Positions 1 to 15,572 of a stretch of DNA of 59,877 nucleotides are shown here, one piece after another. Within the stretch, counting starts at the first letter, position 1. Each line of letters opens with the position of its first letter. A model generated the notes under the pieces. The model made no database searches. It saw nothing but the letters and a program-made list of their open reading frames with translations, and was not told where the DNA came from. Origin of the DNA: Actinomycetes bacterium. GTDB taxonomy: Bacteria > Actinomycetota > Actinomycetes > Actinomycetales > Demequinaceae. The stretch is taken from positions 1-59,877 of the forward strand of contig JAEYUX010000008.1 of the NCBI GenBank assembly GCA_023432235.1, given 5' to 3'. The position numbers were made by a program, and so were the translations under genes.

Positions 1-417
1 CTGAAGGTCGTAGAAGACGACGCCCATGCCGATGAGGATGCCGATCTGGACCACCGACACGACGAGCACCTGAATGAGCTTGCCCACGAAGTACGCCGTG
101 CTCGGCAGGGGAGTGGCGCGCAGGCGCTTGAGGGTGTCGGTGTCGCGATCAATCGCGATGGTGATGGCGAGTGATTGAAAGCCGGTGTTGATGATGCCCG
201 TCGCGATCATGCCCGCCACAAAGTACTGAGCGAACGTGACATCCGTGTCGCTGAGGTACTGGTCGCCAAAGATCGAGCCGAAGAGCACCAAGAAGATGAT
301 GGGAAAGGCGAAGATGAAGATCATCTGCTCGCGAGAACGGAAGAACTCCTTCAGTTCAACGACTGCGCGGTCAACGGTGATCGACGTCCACGAGGGGTGC
401 TGCGACGCCGTGCTCAT
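1..417 (-). CDS. ABC-2 type transporter permease (partial, runs off the window start)
   Basis: Read by hand from ATG at 417: MSTASQHPSWTSITVDRAVVELKEFFRSREQMIFIFAFPIIFLVLFGSIFG...; hydrophobic ABC-2 pattern; start overlaps the stop of the upstream ATPase gene. Confidence 0.85.
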   Translation of the reverse strand, partial: MSTASQHPSWTSITVDRAVVELKEFFRSREQMIFIFAFPIIFLVLFGSIFGDQYLSDTDVTFAQYFVAGMIATGIINTGFQSLAITIAIDRDTDTLKRLRATPLPSTAYFVGKLIQVLVVSVVQIGILIGMGVVFYDLQ

Positions 418-1277
418 GCCTCGACCTCCTCAGCCGCATCCGCGTGCGCGCCGATGAGTTCGAGGTAGATGTCCTCGAGAGAGGGCTTGCTGACGCTGAG
501 TTCAGGTACTTCGCCGCCAAGCCGGGCTGCCAGGGCCGTGACCAGCGCAGTGGGAGTCGCGGTGTGCTCGGTATGAATCTCCGAGCCCTCGCGCCAGCGC
601 ACCACCGAGTTCGATGCTCGCGCTCGCAGACCAGCCGGAGTGTCGAGGGCGATGAGTTTGCCGTTCGACACGATGCCGATGCGGTCGGCGAGATATTCCG
701 CCTCATCGAGGTAGTGAGTGGTCAGCATGATGGTGGAGCCATCGCCGCGTAGAGACTCGATGAGGCGCCAGAACTGCCGCCGTGCCTCGGGGTCAAAGCC
801 AGTGGTCGGTTCGTCGAGGAATACGAGGCGCGGGCGTCCGATGACAGCGAGCGCGACATCGAGGCGCCGACGCTGGCCCCCGGAGAGCGTCTGAGGCTTC
901 GCATTGGCCTTCTCGCTGAGTCCGACCGCCTCGAGAGTCTCATCGACATCGCGCGGGTTTGGGTACAGACGCGACGCATGCGTGAGAGCTTCGCGCGCGC
1001 TGAGGAAGGAGCGCTCAGAGGTGGATTGCAGCATGATGCCAATCCCAGCGCGCCACTCACGTGTGGGGTGGGCGGGGTCGCAGCCGAGAACGTCGACATC
1101 TCCCGCAGTCCGCTTACGGAACCCCTCAAGGATCTCGACCGTCGTGGACTTGCCCGCGCCATTGGGGCCCAACAGAGCGAAGACTTCGCCTTCGGGAATC
1201 TCGAGATCGAGCCCGTCAACGGCTCGCTTGTCGCCGTAGTGCTTGCGCAAACCCGCTATCGCAATGGCTGTGCCCAT
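414..1277 (-). CDS. ABC transporter ATP-binding protein (DrrA/CcmA-like exporter)
   Basis: Walker A GPNGAGKST, signature LSGGQ, Walker B VFLDEPT, H-loop TTHY. Confidence 0.95.
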   Translation of the reverse strand: MGTAIAIAGLRKHYGDKRAVDGLDLEIPEGEVFALLGPNGAGKSTTVEILEGFRKRTAGDVDVLGCDPAHPTREWRAGIGIMLQSTSERSFLSAREALTHASRLYPNPRDVDETLEAVGLSEKANAKPQTLSGGQRRRLDVALAVIGRPRLVFLDEPTTGFDPEARRQFWRLIESLRGDGSTIMLTTHYLDEAEYLADRIGIVSNGKLIALDTPAGLRARASNSVVRWREGSEIHTEHTATPTALVTALAARLGGEVPELSVSKPSLEDIYLELIGAHADAAEEVEA

Positions 1278-1312
1278 GGCTGCGAGCCTAGTGGCCGCTA
1301 TTGCGGCCTGAC

Positions 1313-2521
1313 TCAGCCCTCAGCCAAGAGCGACTGAATGCGGCTGACGCCCTCAATGAGGTCGTGATCGCCCAACGCGTAGCTGAGGCGCACAAAGCCG
1401 CTCGGTCCAAAGGCCTCGCCCGGGACCACAGCGACCTCGGCCTCGTCGAGGATGACGGCCGCAAGGTCGGCGCTCGAGGTGATCGTCACGCCGCGCACGG
1501 TTCGACCAATCAAACCCTCGACCGACGGATAGGCGTAGAACGCTCCGGTGGGCGTCGGGCAGACGACGCCGTCAATGGCACGCAACATCTCAACCATCGT
1601 GCGCCTGCGCTCGTCGAACGCCTTGCGCATGACGTACACGTCCTCGAGGCTGCCGGTGAGCGCGGCGATAGCGGCGCGCTGCGACACGTTCGCCACGTTT
1701 GATGTGAGGTGCGATTGGAAGTTCGCTGCCGCCTTGGTGACATCGGAAGGCGAGATCATCCAGCCCACTCGCCATCCCGTCATCGCGTAGGTCTTCGCAA
1801 CGCCGTTGAGAACGATGGTCTGCTCTGCGAGTTCAGGCACCGCACGGACGATCGGCGTAAAGACGGCGTCGTCGTACACGAGGTGCTCGTAGATCTCGTC
1901 GGTGATGACCCAGATGCCATGCTCGAGTGCCCACTGGCCAATCGCTCTGGTCTGCTCTTCGCTGTAGACAGCGCCGGTGGGGTTTGAGGGTGAGCAAAAC
2001 AAGAGCGCCTTGGTCTGTGGCGTGCGGGCGGCTTCAAGCTGTTCGACCGTCACCAGGTAGTCCTGCTCGGCGCCCGCGAACACCTCGACCGCGCGGCCAC
2101 CTGCGAGCGCGATCGCTTCGGGGTAGGTCGTCCAGTACGGCGCGGGAAGCAGAATCTCGTCACCGGGATCCACGATGGCGGCGAAGGCTTGGAACACCGC
2201 CTGCTTGCCGCCGTTGGTCACAATGACGTTCGCGGGGTCAATCTCGTATCCGGAGTCGCGCAGCGTCTTGGCCGCAATCGCCTCTTTCAATTCCGGCAAT
2301 CCCGCAGCTGGCGTGTACCGGTGGTTCTTAGGGTCGCGAGCAGCGGCCACGGCGGCGTCGACGATCCACTCGGGAGTGGGGAAGTCGGGTTCGCCCGCAC
2401 CGAAGCCAATGACAGGGCGCCCAGCGGCTTTCAGCGCCTTGGCCTTGGCGTCAACTGCAAGCGTGGCCGAGGGCGCAATAGCGCCAAGACGGGCGGAGAC
2501 GCGGCGTGAGGGAGCGGTCAT
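1313..2521 (-). CDS. PLP-dependent aminotransferase class I/II (aspartate aminotransferase type)
   Basis: GAGEPDF, SPSNPTG, DEIY and [12 protein letters not shown] (PLP lysine) motifs; start trimmed to MTAPSRR because the longer ORF overlaps tRNA-Trp. Confidence 0.93.
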   Translation of the reverse strand: MTAPSRRVSARLGAIAPSATLAVDAKAKALKAAGRPVIGFGAGEPDFPTPEWIVDAAVAAARDPKNHRYTPAAGLPELKEAIAAKTLRDSGYEIDPANVIVTNGGKQAVFQAFAAIVDPGDEILLPAPYWTTYPEAIALAGGRAVEVFAGAEQDYLVTVEQLEAARTPQTKALLFCSPSNPTGAVYSEEQTRAIGQWALEHGIWVITDEIYEHLVYDDAVFTPIVRAVPELAEQTIVLNGVAKTYAMTGWRVGWMISPSDVTKAAANFQSHLTSNVANVSQRAAIAALTGSLEDVYVMRKAFDERRRTMVEMLRAIDGVVCPTPTGAFYAYPSVEGLIGRTVRGVTITSSADLAAVILDEAEVAVVPGEAFGPSGFVRLSYALGDHDLIEGVSRIQSLLAEG

Positions 2522-2687
2522 GTTCCTATTGTTCCATTGGTCCGAGGTCCCGTAGGCGCCGGTTCGCGTTCGAGAGCCAAAACGCGTAGCATGTGGGGTC
2601 GGCTCTTGACAGCAGCCATGATGAACCGCGCCCAAAACGCGGTCGATCATGGAGCGGGAGAGAGTCAGCGGGGCGGAAACGCCCCGT

Positions 2688-2760
2688 AGGGCAGTGGCGC
2701 AATTGGTAGCGCACCGGTCTCCAAAACCGGCGGTTGTGGGTTCGAGTCCCTCCTGCCCTG
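2688..2760 (+). tRNA. tRNA-Trp (CCA)
   Basis: Cloverleaf with AGGGCAG/CTGCCCT acceptor stem, anticodon CCA at 2721-2723, GGTTCGAGTCC T-arm; usual position before secE; 3' CCA not encoded. Confidence 0.97.
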
Positions 2761-2808
2761 CGTTCTGCGGAGGTTGATCCGCAAATCCACTAGTCAAAGG
2801 ATGTCCTG

Positions 2809-3066
2809 GTGAGCGAAGCTGCCGTGACCGGATCCGGAGAGAAGGACCCTCGCCACGAGTCGCGCGAGGGCCGTAACGTCTTCGGCCGTCTCGCGTTGTT
2901 CGTGCGCCAGGTCATCTCTGAACTCAAGCGTGTGGTGACACCCACCCGCGATGAGTTCATCAACTACGTCTGGGTCGTACTGGGCTTCGTTGGCGTCATG
3001 ATGGCGTTGACGTTCTTCCTGGACCTGGGTTTCACCGCTATCTCCACGTGGGTATTCGGGGACTAG
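2809..3066 (+). CDS. secE: Preprotein translocase subunit SecE
   Basis: ELKRVVTPT motif plus one C-terminal TM segment; tRNA-Trp-secE-nusG synteny. Confidence 0.95.
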   Translation: MSEAAVTGSGEKDPRHESREGRNVFGRLALFVRQVISELKRVVTPTRDEFINYVWVVLGFVGVMMALTFFLDLGFTAISTWVFGD

Positions 3067-3084
3067 CGAGAAGAAGGGATTGAC

Positions 3085-3888
3085 GTGAGCACTGAGGACC
3101 TCAACGGCAACGAGCCGATTGACGAGACGACGGACACCGTCGCGCCCGTCGACGACTCGTCGCTTGCCGACGCGCCTGTGGACGCCGTCGTCGAGGCCGA
3201 TGACGACACCATCCCGTCGGAGCCCGAGGCTGCGGCCGAAGAGGCAGCAGTTGTTGAGGATGAGACTCCCGTCGAGGATCTCGTTGTCGAAGACCCTGCA
3301 GCCGACTTCAAGGCATCACTCATGATGCAAGACGGCGATTGGTACGTGATTCACTCCTACTCGGGTCACGAGAAGCGCGTGAAGCAGGCAATTGAGCACC
3401 GCATCGCGAGCCTCAATATGGAGGACTACATCTTCCAGGTCGAGGTTCCGATGGAGGACGTTGTCGAGTACCGCAATGGCCAAAAGAAGAACGTCAACCG
3501 CGTGCGCATGCCCGGGTACGTGCTGGTTCGCATGGACCTCACCGACGAGTCGTGGGGCGCAGTTCGCAATACCCCCGGCGTGACGGGATTTGTCGGACAC
3601 GCGCACCAGCCAGTGCCGCTGTTGCCGGACGAGGTTGTCAGCATGCTCGCGCCGACCGGCGTCAGCGAGGCGGCGTCCGACGAGGCGGCGGCTTCGAGTG
3701 GCCCCGCCGTCGAGATTGACTTCCAGGTGGGTGAGGCGATCACCGTCATCGACGGCCCGTTCGCCACACTGCCCGGCACCATTTCCGAGATCAGCGTGGA
3801 GAGCCAGAAGCTCCACGTTCTCGTGTCGATCTTCGGCCGGGAAACCCCGGTCGAATTGTCGTTCGCGCAGGTGCAGAAGATCGCGTAG
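3085..3888 (+). CDS. nusG: Transcription termination/antitermination factor NusG with acidic N-terminal extension
   Basis: [14 protein letters not shown] domain, PGYVLV, KOW domain ending [10 protein letters not shown]. Confidence 0.97.
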   Translation: MSTEDLNGNEPIDETTDTVAPVDDSSLADAPVDAVVEADDDTIPSEPEAAAEEAAVVEDETPVEDLVVEDPAADFKASLMMQDGDWYVIHSYSGHEKRVKQAIEHRIASLNMEDYIFQVEVPMEDVVEYRNGQKKNVNRVRMPGYVLVRMDLTDESWGAVRNTPGVTGFVGHAHQPVPLLPDEVVSMLAPTGVSEAASDEAAASSGPAVEIDFQVGEAITVIDGPFATLPGTISEISVESQKLHVLVSIFGRETPVELSFAQVQKIA

Positions 3889-3963
3889 GCGATCGCGCCG
3901 GTTCGAACGAAAACCCTGGCGGCAACCGCCGCCACCATTCACACAGAAGGACCCGAAAAACTA

Positions 3964-4395
3964 ATGGCAGCACCGAAGAAGAAGGTTGCCGGCCTGATCA
4001 AGCTCCAGATTCAGGCTGGTGCCGCTAACCCGGCCCCGCCCGTCGGCCCCGCGTTGGGTCAGCACGGCGTCAACATCATGGAGTTCTGCAAGGCCTACAA
4101 CGCTGCGACCGAGTCACAGCGAGGCAACATCGTGCCCGTCGAGATCACGGTGTACGAAGACCGCAGCTTCACGTTCATCACGAAGACCCCGCCCGCTTCG
4201 CAGCTCATCAAGAAGGCTGCTGGCGTCGCCAAGGGATCTGGCACTCCGCACACCACCAAGGTTGGCACGCTGACCGAGGCTCAGGTTCGCGAGATTGCTG
4301 AGTCCAAGATGGAAGACCTGAACGCGAACGACGTTGAGGCCGCCATGAAGATTGTGGCCGGCACCGCCCGTTCCATGGGCATCACGGTTCAGTAA
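3964..4395 (+). CDS. rplK: 50S ribosomal protein L11
   Basis: [23 protein letters not shown]. Confidence 0.99.
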   Translation: MAAPKKKVAGLIKLQIQAGAANPAPPVGPALGQHGVNIMEFCKAYNAATESQRGNIVPVEITVYEDRSFTFITKTPPASQLIKKAAGVAKGSGTPHTTKVGTLTEAQVREIAESKMEDLNANDVEAAMKIVAGTARSMGITVQ

Positions 4396-4410
4396 GAACC
4401 ACCCTCACCT

Positions 4411-4447
4411 CAGTGGGAGGGCCAGCGCGGCCCGTCACCACGACTGC
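4411..4447 (+). promoter_or_regulatory. Putative L1-binding leader hairpin upstream of rplA
   Basis: GTGG-GAG-GGCC...GGCC-CGTCA-CCAC stem with an internal loop between rplK and the rplA SD; position fits L1 autoregulation. Confidence 0.5.
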
Positions 4448-4463
4448 ACAGAAAGAAGCAGAC

Positions 4464-5159
4464 ATGAAGCGCTCAAAGGCTTACCGCGACGCAGCTCAGC
4501 TTGTCGATCGCACTCAGTTCTACACGCCGCTCGAGGCACTCCGTCTCGCGCAGAAGACGTCCTCGAAGAAGACCGACTCGACAATCGACGTGGTCTTCAA
4601 GCTTGGCGTCGACCCCCGCCACGCAGACCAGATGGTCCGCTCCACCGTCATCCTGCCCAACGGCACCGGCAAGACCGCCCGGGTCCTGGTCTTTGCCAAT
4701 GGTGACAAGGCGGATGCTGCTCGTGAGGCCGGCGCCGACATCGTCGGCGGTGACGAACTCATTGAAGAGGTCATTGGTGGCCGCCAGGACTTCGACGCCG
4801 TCGTGGCAACCCCCGACCTCATGGGCAAGGTGGGTCGCCTGGGTAAGGTGCTTGGTCCCCGTGGCCTCATGCCGAACCCCAAGACCGGCACCGTGACGAT
4901 GGATGTGGCCAAGGCCGTGTCGGACATCAAGGGCGGCAAGATCGAGTTCCGTGTCGACAAGCACGCGAACCTTCACGCCGTGCTTGGCAAGGCGTCGTTC
5001 GGCGACGAGAAGCTCCTGGAGAACTACCAGGCGCTGCTTGACGAGGTTCTCCGCGCCAAGCCGTCGGCATCGAAGGGCCGCTACATCCTTAAGGCATCGA
5101 TCTCCGCGACCACCGGTCCCGGTATCCCGATTGACGCCACCGCGAAGTCGGAGGCGTAA
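4464..5159 (+). CDS. rplA: 50S ribosomal protein L1
   Basis: [16 protein letters not shown]; start trimmed to MKRSKAY. Confidence 0.98.
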   Translation: MKRSKAYRDAAQLVDRTQFYTPLEALRLAQKTSSKKTDSTIDVVFKLGVDPRHADQMVRSTVILPNGTGKTARVLVFANGDKADAAREAGADIVGGDELIEEVIGGRQDFDAVVATPDLMGKVGRLGKVLGPRGLMPNPKTGTVTMDVAKAVSDIKGGKIEFRVDKHANLHAVLGKASFGDEKLLENYQALLDEVLRAKPSASKGRYILKASISATTGPGIPIDATAKSEA

Positions 5160-5190
5160 GCACCTCTCCCGCGGGTAGCGCATCAACGCG

Positions 5191-5226
5191 ACGAAGGTCC
5201 GGTCCCTCACGGGGCCGGACCTTCGT
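5191..5226 (+). terminator. Hairpin/likely terminator after rplA
   Basis: ACGAAGGTCCGG...CCGGACCTTCGT inverted repeat. Confidence 0.6.
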
Positions 5227-5298
5227 GCTCTCCCAGCTCACGCGTCTGCCGCACCCCGGTTTGCGTCGGACGCCTGCGGGCCCGTACACTGATCGACG

Positions 5299-5480
5299 CC
5301 CAAGACCGCCGGTCGTCGGCACCAGGAAACTGGAGCCAACCGAAGTCCCGCAGCAGCGGAGGCCAGCGCAGGTGAGATGAGAGCGTGTTCGCGCGCGTGA
5401 ACCTTGGGCGGCTCCGGCCGCCTTTTGTGTGTCACGGACCCGACATGTTTGAGCCCCGCCTGCGCGGGGCTTTTCTGTTG
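5299..5480 (+). promoter_or_regulatory. Putative L10 leader with a downstream attenuator-like hairpin
   Basis: CCAAGACCGCCGGT...GCGCAGGT pattern upstream of rplJ, then AGCCCCGC/GCGGGGCT followed by TTT; TACACT -10 at 5285-5290. Confidence 0.6.
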
Positions 5481-5530
5481 ATGGGATGGGCCCGCAAGGG
5501 GAGCGACGGTCATCCACAGGAAGGACAACT

Positions 5531-6052
5531 ATGGCGACGCCAGAAAAGGTGGCGACCGTTGCCGAGCTCACGGACCTGTTCCGTAACTCAGCAGCTGTCA
5601 TCGTCACCGAGTACCGCGGCCTGACGGTCTCGCAGCTGAAGAGCTTGCGTACCGGCCTTCGCGGTAACGCGACCTACCAGGTCGCGAAGAACAAGCTGAC
5701 GGCGCTCGCGGCTAAGGAAGCCGGCATTGAGGGCATTCGTGACCTCTTCGTTGGCCCTACTGCCATCGCATTCATCACCGGTGACCCGGTGGAGGCTGCG
5801 AAGGCTCTGCGTGACTTCAACAAGACGAACGACAAGCTTGTCGTCAAGGGCGGCGTCCTCGAGGGCAAACCGCTCTCGGCCGACGACGTCAAGAAGCTCG
5901 CGAACCTCGAGTCCCGTGAGGTGCTCCTCGCCAAGGCTGCCGGTGCTATGAAGGCATCGCTGTTTGGCGCGGCATACCTCTTCCAGGCGCCGCTGTCGCA
6001 GGCGGCCCGCACTGTTGACGCCCTGCGCGCAAAGCAGGAATCCGCGGCGTAA
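5531..6052 (+). CDS. rplJ: 50S ribosomal protein L10
   Basis: EYRGLTV, VAKNKL, GPTAIAF; GGAAGGA SD before MATPEK. Confidence 0.98.
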   Translation: MATPEKVATVAELTDLFRNSAAVIVTEYRGLTVSQLKSLRTGLRGNATYQVAKNKLTALAAKEAGIEGIRDLFVGPTAIAFITGDPVEAAKALRDFNKTNDKLVVKGGVLEGKPLSADDVKKLANLESREVLLAKAAGAMKASLFGAAYLFQAPLSQAARTVDALRAKQESAA

Positions 6053-6106
6053 GTCGCACCCAACTGACGCCCTGCACTGCGCAGGTAAGAGAAAAGGACA
6101 ATCATC

Positions 6107-6499
6107 ATGGCGAAGCTCACCACCGAGCAGCTCATCGACGCGTTCAAGGAGCTCTCGCTCATTGAGCTCTCCGAGTTCGTTAAGGCCTTCGAGGAGACCT
6201 TCGAGGTCACCGCCGCCGCCCCCGCCGCTGTTGCTGTTGCCGCTCCCGCCGCTGGTGGCGACGACGCTGGCGCTGGCGCCGAGGAGAAGGACACCTTCGA
6301 CGTGATCCTTGCCGCTGTTGGCGACAAGAAGATCCAGGTCATCAAGGAGGTCCGTGCGATCACGAACCTCGGTCTTGGCGAGGCCAAGGCGCTCGTTGAC
6401 GAGGCTCCCAAGCCCGTTCTCGAGGGTGCCAAGAAGGAAGACGCTGAGAAGGCCAAGGAGCAGCTCGAGGCTGCTGGCGCCACCGTCGAGCTCAAGTAG
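6107..6499 (+). CDS. rplL: 50S ribosomal protein L7/L12
   Basis: Ala-rich hinge, [20 protein letters not shown]. Confidence 0.99.
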   Translation: MAKLTTEQLIDAFKELSLIELSEFVKAFEETFEVTAAAPAAVAVAAPAAGGDDAGAGAEEKDTFDVILAAVGDKKIQVIKEVRAITNLGLGEAKALVDEAPKPVLEGAKKEDAEKAKEQLEAAGATVELK

Positions 6500-6526
6500 T
6501 TCGCACGCGCTCAGCGCAATTCGCGT

Positions 6527-6562
6527 CAAGGGTCGGGTCACCTCCGGGTGGCCCGGCCCTTG
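6527..6562 (+). terminator. Hairpin/likely terminator after rplL
   Basis: CAAGGGTCGGGTCACC...GGTGGCCCGGCCCTTG stem with G-U pairs. Confidence 0.65.
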
Positions 6563-6801
6563 TGCGTTTCCCGGTCGATTGGGATGGTGGCCTTATAGCG
6601 CGACTAGGCGCTTCTTGCAAGCACCTAGTGGACAAGTTGAGGGAATCCCACTAGGCTCTTGATTTGCGCTGTCTATCGCCCTGCCCTCATATGCCTACCT
6701 GGCGCGCGCCCGCTGTTCATCAGCGCAGACGCCCCAGGGTCCGGTGGAGCCGTGGTTAAGGCAACGCGGAACCGATCCATCGTCATGGGAAGGACGACCC
6801 C

Positions 6802-9800
6802 TTGGCTGCCTCGCGCACCGATTCCGCATCCGCCACTCGCACCTCAACCCGCGTCTCTTTTGCCCAAGTCTCTGAGCCTGTAGAGGTCCCTAACCTCATT
6901 GGCCTGCAGACGGAGTCATTTGACTGGCTCCTCGGCAACAAGGCGTGGCAGGGTCGCGTTGAAGCCGCCAAGAAGGCTGGCCGCAACGACGTTCCCGAGG
7001 TCGCTGGTCTTGACGAGATCTTCGCGGAGATCTCACCCATTGAGGACTTTGGCCAGACCATGTCCCTCAGCTTCTCCGACCCGTACTTTGAAGAGCCTCG
7101 CCACACTCCTGAGGAGTGCAAGGAGAAGGACTTCACCTACGCGGCTCAGCTGTTCGTGACGGCTGAGTTCATGAACAACACGACGGGTGAGATCAAGTCT
7201 CAGACCGTGTTCATGGGTGACTTCCCGCTGATGACCGAGCGTGGAACGTTCATCATCAACGGCACCGAGCGTGTTGTTGTGTCGCAGTTGGTCCGTTCTC
7301 CAGGTGTGTACTTCGAGTCGACCCCCGACAAGACGTCCGACAAGGACATCTTCACCGCCAAGGTGATCCCGTCGCGCGGTGCATGGCTCGAGTTTGAGAT
7401 CGACAAGCGCGACGCCGTCGGTGTGCGCGTCGACCGCAAGCGCAAGCAGTCCGTCACCTTGTTCCTCAAGGCGCTTGGTCTGACCACAGAGCAGATCGCC
7501 GAGGAGTTCAAGGACTACCCGTCGGTTCTCGAGACCCTTGAGAAGGACACGGTCCACAACCAGGAAGACGCTCTCGTCGACCTCTACCGCAAGCTTCGTC
7601 CGGGCGAGCCGCCCACGGTGGAGGCCGGCCAGAACCTGCTCAACAACTTCTACTTCAGCCCCAAGCGCTACGACCTCGCGAAGGTTGGCCGCTTCAAGCT
7701 GAACAAGAAGCTCGGCCTCGAAAAGCCGCTCGCGGATTCTGTGCTCGGTATCGACGACATCGTTGCGACCGTGAAGTACATCGCTGCTGCCCACGCTGGC
7801 CACAAGACGCTTGCGGGCGCCCATGGTGAGGTGCTCGTCGAGACCGACGACATCGACCACTTTGGCAACCGCCGCATCCGTGCGGTCGGTGAGTTGATTC
7901 AGAACCAGATCCGTACGGGCCTGTCCCGTATGGAGCGCGTCGTGCGTGAGCGCATGACGACGCAGGACGTCGAGGCAATCACGCCGCAGACGCTCATCAA
8001 CACCCGCCCCGTGGTTGCTGCCATCCGCGAGTTCTTCGGCACGTCGCAGCTGTCGCAGTTCATGGACCAGAACAACCCGCTTGCGGGCCTCACCCACAAG
8101 CGTCGCCTTTCGGCACTTGGACCGGGTGGTCTGAGCCGTGACCGCGCTGGCATGGAAGTGCGTGACGTTCACCCGTCGCACTACGGCCGCATGTGCCCGA
8201 TCGAAACCCCTGAAGGCCCGAACATCGGCCTTATCGGTTCGCTCGCTTCCTTCGGTCGTATCAACCCGCTCGGCTTTGTCGAGACGCCGTACCGCAAGGT
8301 GAAGAACGGCAAGGTGTCCGAGGAGATCGACTACCTGACCGCTGACGACGAAGACCGCTACGTCATCGCCCAGGCGAATGCCGTGCTCGACGCCAAGGGC
8401 CAGTTCGTTGAAGAGCGTGTGCTCGTGCGTGCGAAGGGTGGCGAGGTTGAGTTCGTCGCCCCCGAGGCCGTCGACTACATGGACGTCTCGCCGCGCCAGA
8501 TGGTGTCGGTCGCGACCGCGCTGATCCCGTTCCTTGAGCACGACGACGCAAACCGCGCCCTCATGGGTGCGAACATGCAGCGTCAGGCTGTGCCGCTCGT
8601 CCGCTCCGAAGCGCCGCTCGTCGGTACCGGAATGGAGCGTCGTGCCGCTGTCGACGCTGGTGACGTTGTCGTTGCCACCAAGGCCGGCGTCGTGACGGAA
8701 GTGGCGTCGGACCTTGTGACCGTCGCCAACGACGACGGCACGACGGGTTCGTACCGCATCGCCAAGTTCGAGCGTTCGAACCAGGGCACGAGCTACAACC
8801 AGCGTGTCATCGTCGACGAAGGCGACCGCCTCGAAGTGGGCACGGTCATCGCTGACGGCCCGGCCACCGACCAGGGTGACCTCGCGCTCGGCAAGAACGT
8901 CCTTGTGGCGTTCATGTGCTGGGAAGGTCACAACTTCGAGGACGCGATCATCCTGTCGCAGCGCCTCGTGCAGGACGACACCCTCTCCTCGATCCACATC
9001 GAGGAACACGAGGTTGACGCTCGCGACACGAAGCTGGGTCCTGAGGAGATCACGCGCGACATCCCGAACGCATCCGAAGAGGTTCTCGCGGACCTCGACG
9101 AGCGTGGCATCGTGCGCATCGGTGCGGAGGTCCGCGCTGGTGACATCCTCGTGGGCAAGGTGACCCCCAAGGGTGAGACTGAGCTCACGCCCGAGGAGCG
9201 CCTCCTCCGTGCGATCTTTGGCGAGAAGGCACGCGAAGTGCGTGACACCTCGCTCAAGGTTCCTCACGGTGAATCCGGCACCGTCATCGGTGTCCGCGTC
9301 TTCACCGAAGAAGACGGCGACGACCTGCCTGCAGGCGTGAACCAGTTGGTTCGCGTCTACATCGCGCAGCGCCGCAAGATCCAGGAGGGCGACAAGCTCG
9401 CTGGCCGCCACGGCAACAAGGGCGTCATCTCGACGATCCTGCCGCAGGAGGACATGCCGTTCCTTGAGGACGGTACCCCCGTTGACGTCATCCTCAACCC
9501 GCTCGGTGTGCCCGGCCGTATGAACGTCGGTCAGGTGCTTGAGACCCACCTCGGTTGGGTTGCTCATGAGGGTTGGGACGCGACGGACGTGAAGGACGAG
9601 TGGACCAAGGCACTTCCCGACGCTGCCCGCAAGGCGGAGCCGGGTACCCGTGTTGCGACGCCTGTGTTCGATGGCATCTCGGAAGAGACCATTAGCGGTC
9701 TTCGCTCCGTGGTGACGCCGCGTCGTGATGGCGAACGTGTGGTGGACGCGAACGGTAAGGCTCGTCTGTTCGACGGCCGTACCGGTGAGCCGTTCCCCGA

Positions 9801-10272
9801 GCCGATCGCGGTGGGCTACAAGTACATCTTGAAGCTGCACCACCTCGTGGACGACAAGATCCACGCGCGTTCGACCGGTCCGTACTCGATGATCACCCAG
9901 CAGCCGCTCGGTGGTAAGGCCCAGTTCGGTGGCCAGCGCTTTGGCGAGATGGAGGTCTGGGCCCTTGAGGCTTATGGCGCCGCTTACGCCCTCCAAGAGC
10001 TGCTCACCATCAAGTCCGACGACATCACGGGTCGCGTGAAGGTATACGAGGCCATCGTGAAGGGACAGAACATCCCTGAGCCGGGCCTGCCGGAGTCCTT
10101 CCGAGTCCTGATGAAGGAGATGCAGTCTCTCTGCCTGAACGTCGAGGTTCTCAACGCGGACGGCCAGTTGGTCGAGATGCGTGAGACCGAGGATGACGCG
10201 TACCAGGCCGCCGAGTCGCTCGGCATCTCGCTGTCCAGCCGTCCTGACGCCTCGAGCGTCGACGAGATTTAA
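6802..10272 (+). CDS. rpoB: DNA-directed RNA polymerase subunit beta
   Basis: [36 protein letters not shown] start after GGAAGGA. Confidence 0.99.
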   Translation: MAASRTDSASATRTSTRVSFAQVSEPVEVPNLIGLQTESFDWLLGNKAWQGRVEAAKKAGRNDVPEVAGLDEIFAEISPIEDFGQTMSLSFSDPYFEEPRHTPEECKEKDFTYAAQLFVTAEFMNNTTGEIKSQTVFMGDFPLMTERGTFIINGTERVVVSQLVRSPGVYFESTPDKTSDKDIFTAKVIPSRGAWLEFEIDKRDAVGVRVDRKRKQSVTLFLKALGLTTEQIAEEFKDYPSVLETLEKDTVHNQEDALVDLYRKLRPGEPPTVEAGQNLLNNFYFSPKRYDLAKVGRFKLNKKLGLEKPLADSVLGIDDIVATVKYIAAAHAGHKTLAGAHGEVLVETDDIDHFGNRRIRAVGELIQNQIRTGLSRMERVVRERMTTQDVEAITPQTLINTRPVVAAIREFFGTSQLSQFMDQNNPLAGLTHKRRLSALGPGGLSRDRAGMEVRDVHPSHYGRMCPIETPEGPNIGLIGSLASFGRINPLGFVETPYRKVKNGKVSEEIDYLTADDEDRYVIAQANAVLDAKGQFVEERVLVRAKGGEVEFVAPEAVDYMDVSPRQMVSVATALIPFLEHDDANRALMGANMQRQAVPLVRSEAPLVGTGMERRAAVDAGDVVVATKAGVVTEVASDLVTVANDDGTTGSYRIAKFERSNQGTSYNQRVIVDEGDRLEVGTVIADGPATDQGDLALGKNVLVAFMCWEGHNFEDAIILSQRLVQDDTLSSIHIEEHEVDARDTKLGPEEITRDIPNASEEVLADLDERGIVRIGAEVRAGDILVGKVTPKGETELTPEERLLRAIFGEKAREVRDTSLKVPHGESGTVIGVRVFTEEDGDDLPAGVNQLVRVYIAQRRKIQEGDKLAGRHGNKGVISTILPQEDMPFLEDGTPVDVILNPLGVPGRMNVGQVLETHLGWVAHEGWDATDVKDEWTKALPDAARKAEPGTRVATPVFDGISEETISGLRSVVTPRRDGERVVDANGKARLFDGRTGEPFPEPIAVGYKYILKLHHLVDDKIHARSTGPYSMITQQPLGGKAQFGGQRFGEMEVWALEAYGAAYALQELLTIKSDDITGRVKVYEAIVKGQNIPEPGLPESFRVLMKEMQSLCLNVEVLNADGQLVEMRETEDDAYQAAESLGISLSSRPDASSVDEI

Positions 10273-10287
10273 GGGGAGAGGCAACAA

Positions 10288-14163
<3,876 letters not shown>

Positions 14164-14180
14164 TCCGCACACGCTCATTC

Positions 14181-14214
14181 GTCGAGGGCCCCAGGTGTTC
14201 CTGGGGCCCTCGAC
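14181..14214 (+). terminator. Hairpin/likely terminator after rpoC
   Basis: GTCGAGGGCCCCAGG/CCTGGGGCCCTCGAC perfect 15-bp stem. Confidence 0.75.
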
Positions 14215-14325
14215 GCGTTCGTAATGAAGCTGTGACAAAGAGGACAACGGAGAGGCTTTCTTCACGCACGCGACGGCCGAATGGGGAGGCGACAGGGCGC
14301 GCCGACGCAGAAAGGAGCCGACGCC

Positions 14326-14421
14326 ATGATCGAGTTCCTTGGGTGGTGGGCTGCCGCATCGATCGTCGTGGGGTCCGGCCTCACCGCGTGGATGGTTCAC
14401 CTGAACTTCCGAGCCCACTGA
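14326..14421 (+). CDS. Putative 31-aa single-pass membrane peptide (hypothetical)
   Basis: AGAAAGGAG SD 8 nt before ATG; MIEFLGWWAAASIVVGSGLTAWMVHLNFRAH; below the ORF-track size cut-off. Confidence 0.5.
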   Translation: MIEFLGWWAAASIVVGSGLTAWMVHLNFRAH

Positions 14422-14518
14422 GCCCAGGTAGCGGCTCGCACGGGCTCGTCGAGAGCGGCTATGCTGGACAGGTTCGGTCGGTGACTGGGAGACGCTTCCA
14501 CGATTATGACCGACGGCT

Positions 14519-14547
14519 TTGACGATGAGCGCGGCTGACTGTATTGT
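14519..14547 (+). promoter_or_regulatory. Housekeeping sigma promoter of the str operon
   Basis: TTGACG-N17-TATTGT upstream of rpsL. Confidence 0.55.
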
Positions 14548-14681
14548 GGATGCTCGTGCCCGCGTCGTCGGGCCCTCACGCGCGCCTTTTCGAAGGCGCC
14601 ACCATTTAGGTGCGACACGCCCGGGCGCGGGGGTCGGGCCGACGACATGCCAAGCGTTCGATAACGACAGACGGAGAAGTA

Positions 14682-15059
14682 GTGCCTACGATTCAGCAGT
14701 TGGTGCGCAAGGGGCGTAGCCCCAAGGCGTCCACGAGCAAGACGCCCGCCCTTAAGGGGAGCCCGCAGCGACGTGGTGTGTGCACCCGCGTGTACACGAC
14801 CACCCCCAAGAAGCCGAACTCGGCCTTGCGTAAGGTCGCGCGTGTTCGCCTGTCCTCCGGCATCGAGGTCACTGCTTACATTCCGGGCGAAGGCCACAAC
14901 CTGCAGGAGCACTCGATCGTGCTCGTGCGCGGCGGCCGTGTGAAGGACCTCCCCGGTGTGCGCTACAAGATCGTCCGGGGCTCGCTTGACACCCAGGGCG
15001 TGAAGAACCGCAAGCAGGCTCGTAGCCGCTACGGCGCGAAGATGGAGAAGAAGAAGTAA
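14682..15059 (+). CDS. rpsL: 30S ribosomal protein S12
   Basis: GTG start, [31 protein letters not shown]. Confidence 0.99.
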   Translation: MPTIQQLVRKGRSPKASTSKTPALKGSPQRRGVCTRVYTTTPKKPNSALRKVARVRLSSGIEVTAYIPGEGHNLQEHSIVLVRGGRVKDLPGVRYKIVRGSLDTQGVKNRKQARSRYGAKMEKKK

Positions 15060-15529
15060 TGCCTCGCAAGGGACCGGCGCCTAAGCGCCCCATCATCAAT
15101 GACCCGGTCTACGGCGCACCCGTCGTGACGCAGCTCATCAACAAGGTGCTGCTTGACGGCAAGCGCTCGGTTGCTGAGGCGATTGTCTACAACGCCCTTG
15201 AAGGCGTTCGCGAGAAGAGCGGCCAGGACCCGGTCGTCGTTCTCAAGCGTGCCCTCGACAACGTGCGCCCTGCTCTCGAGGTGCGTAGCCGTCGTGTGGG
15301 TGGCGCCACGTACCAGGTGCCGGTTGACGTGCGCCCCGTCCGTGCGACCACGCTTGCACTGCGTTGGCTCGTCGACTTTGCTCGCAAGCGTCGTGAGAAC
15401 ACGATGACTGAGCGCCTGATGAACGAGATCCTTGACGCATCGAACGGCCTTGGCGCCGCAGTGAAGCGTCGCGAGGACATGCACAAGATGGCCGACTCGA
15501 ACAAGGCGTTCGCGCACTACCGCTGGTAG
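15059..15529 (+). CDS. rpsG: 30S ribosomal protein S7
   Basis: [26 protein letters not shown]. Confidence 0.99.
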   Translation: MPRKGPAPKRPIINDPVYGAPVVTQLINKVLLDGKRSVAEAIVYNALEGVREKSGQDPVVVLKRALDNVRPALEVRSRRVGGATYQVPVDVRPVRATTLALRWLVDFARKRRENTMTERLMNEILDASNGLGAAVKRREDMHKMADSNKAFAHYRW

Positions 15530-15572
15530 TCGCCGCCGAGTTCGAGGGAACACAGAACTTTAGGAGAACCCC

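Noticed and set aside
2522..2797. N-terminal extension of the aminotransferase ORF
   Set aside because: Overlaps tRNA-Trp; family homology starts at MTAPSRR (2521)
2688..2808. tRNA-Trp as a possible integration site
   Set aside because: No integrase, no duplicated tRNA 3' end, and secE follows directly
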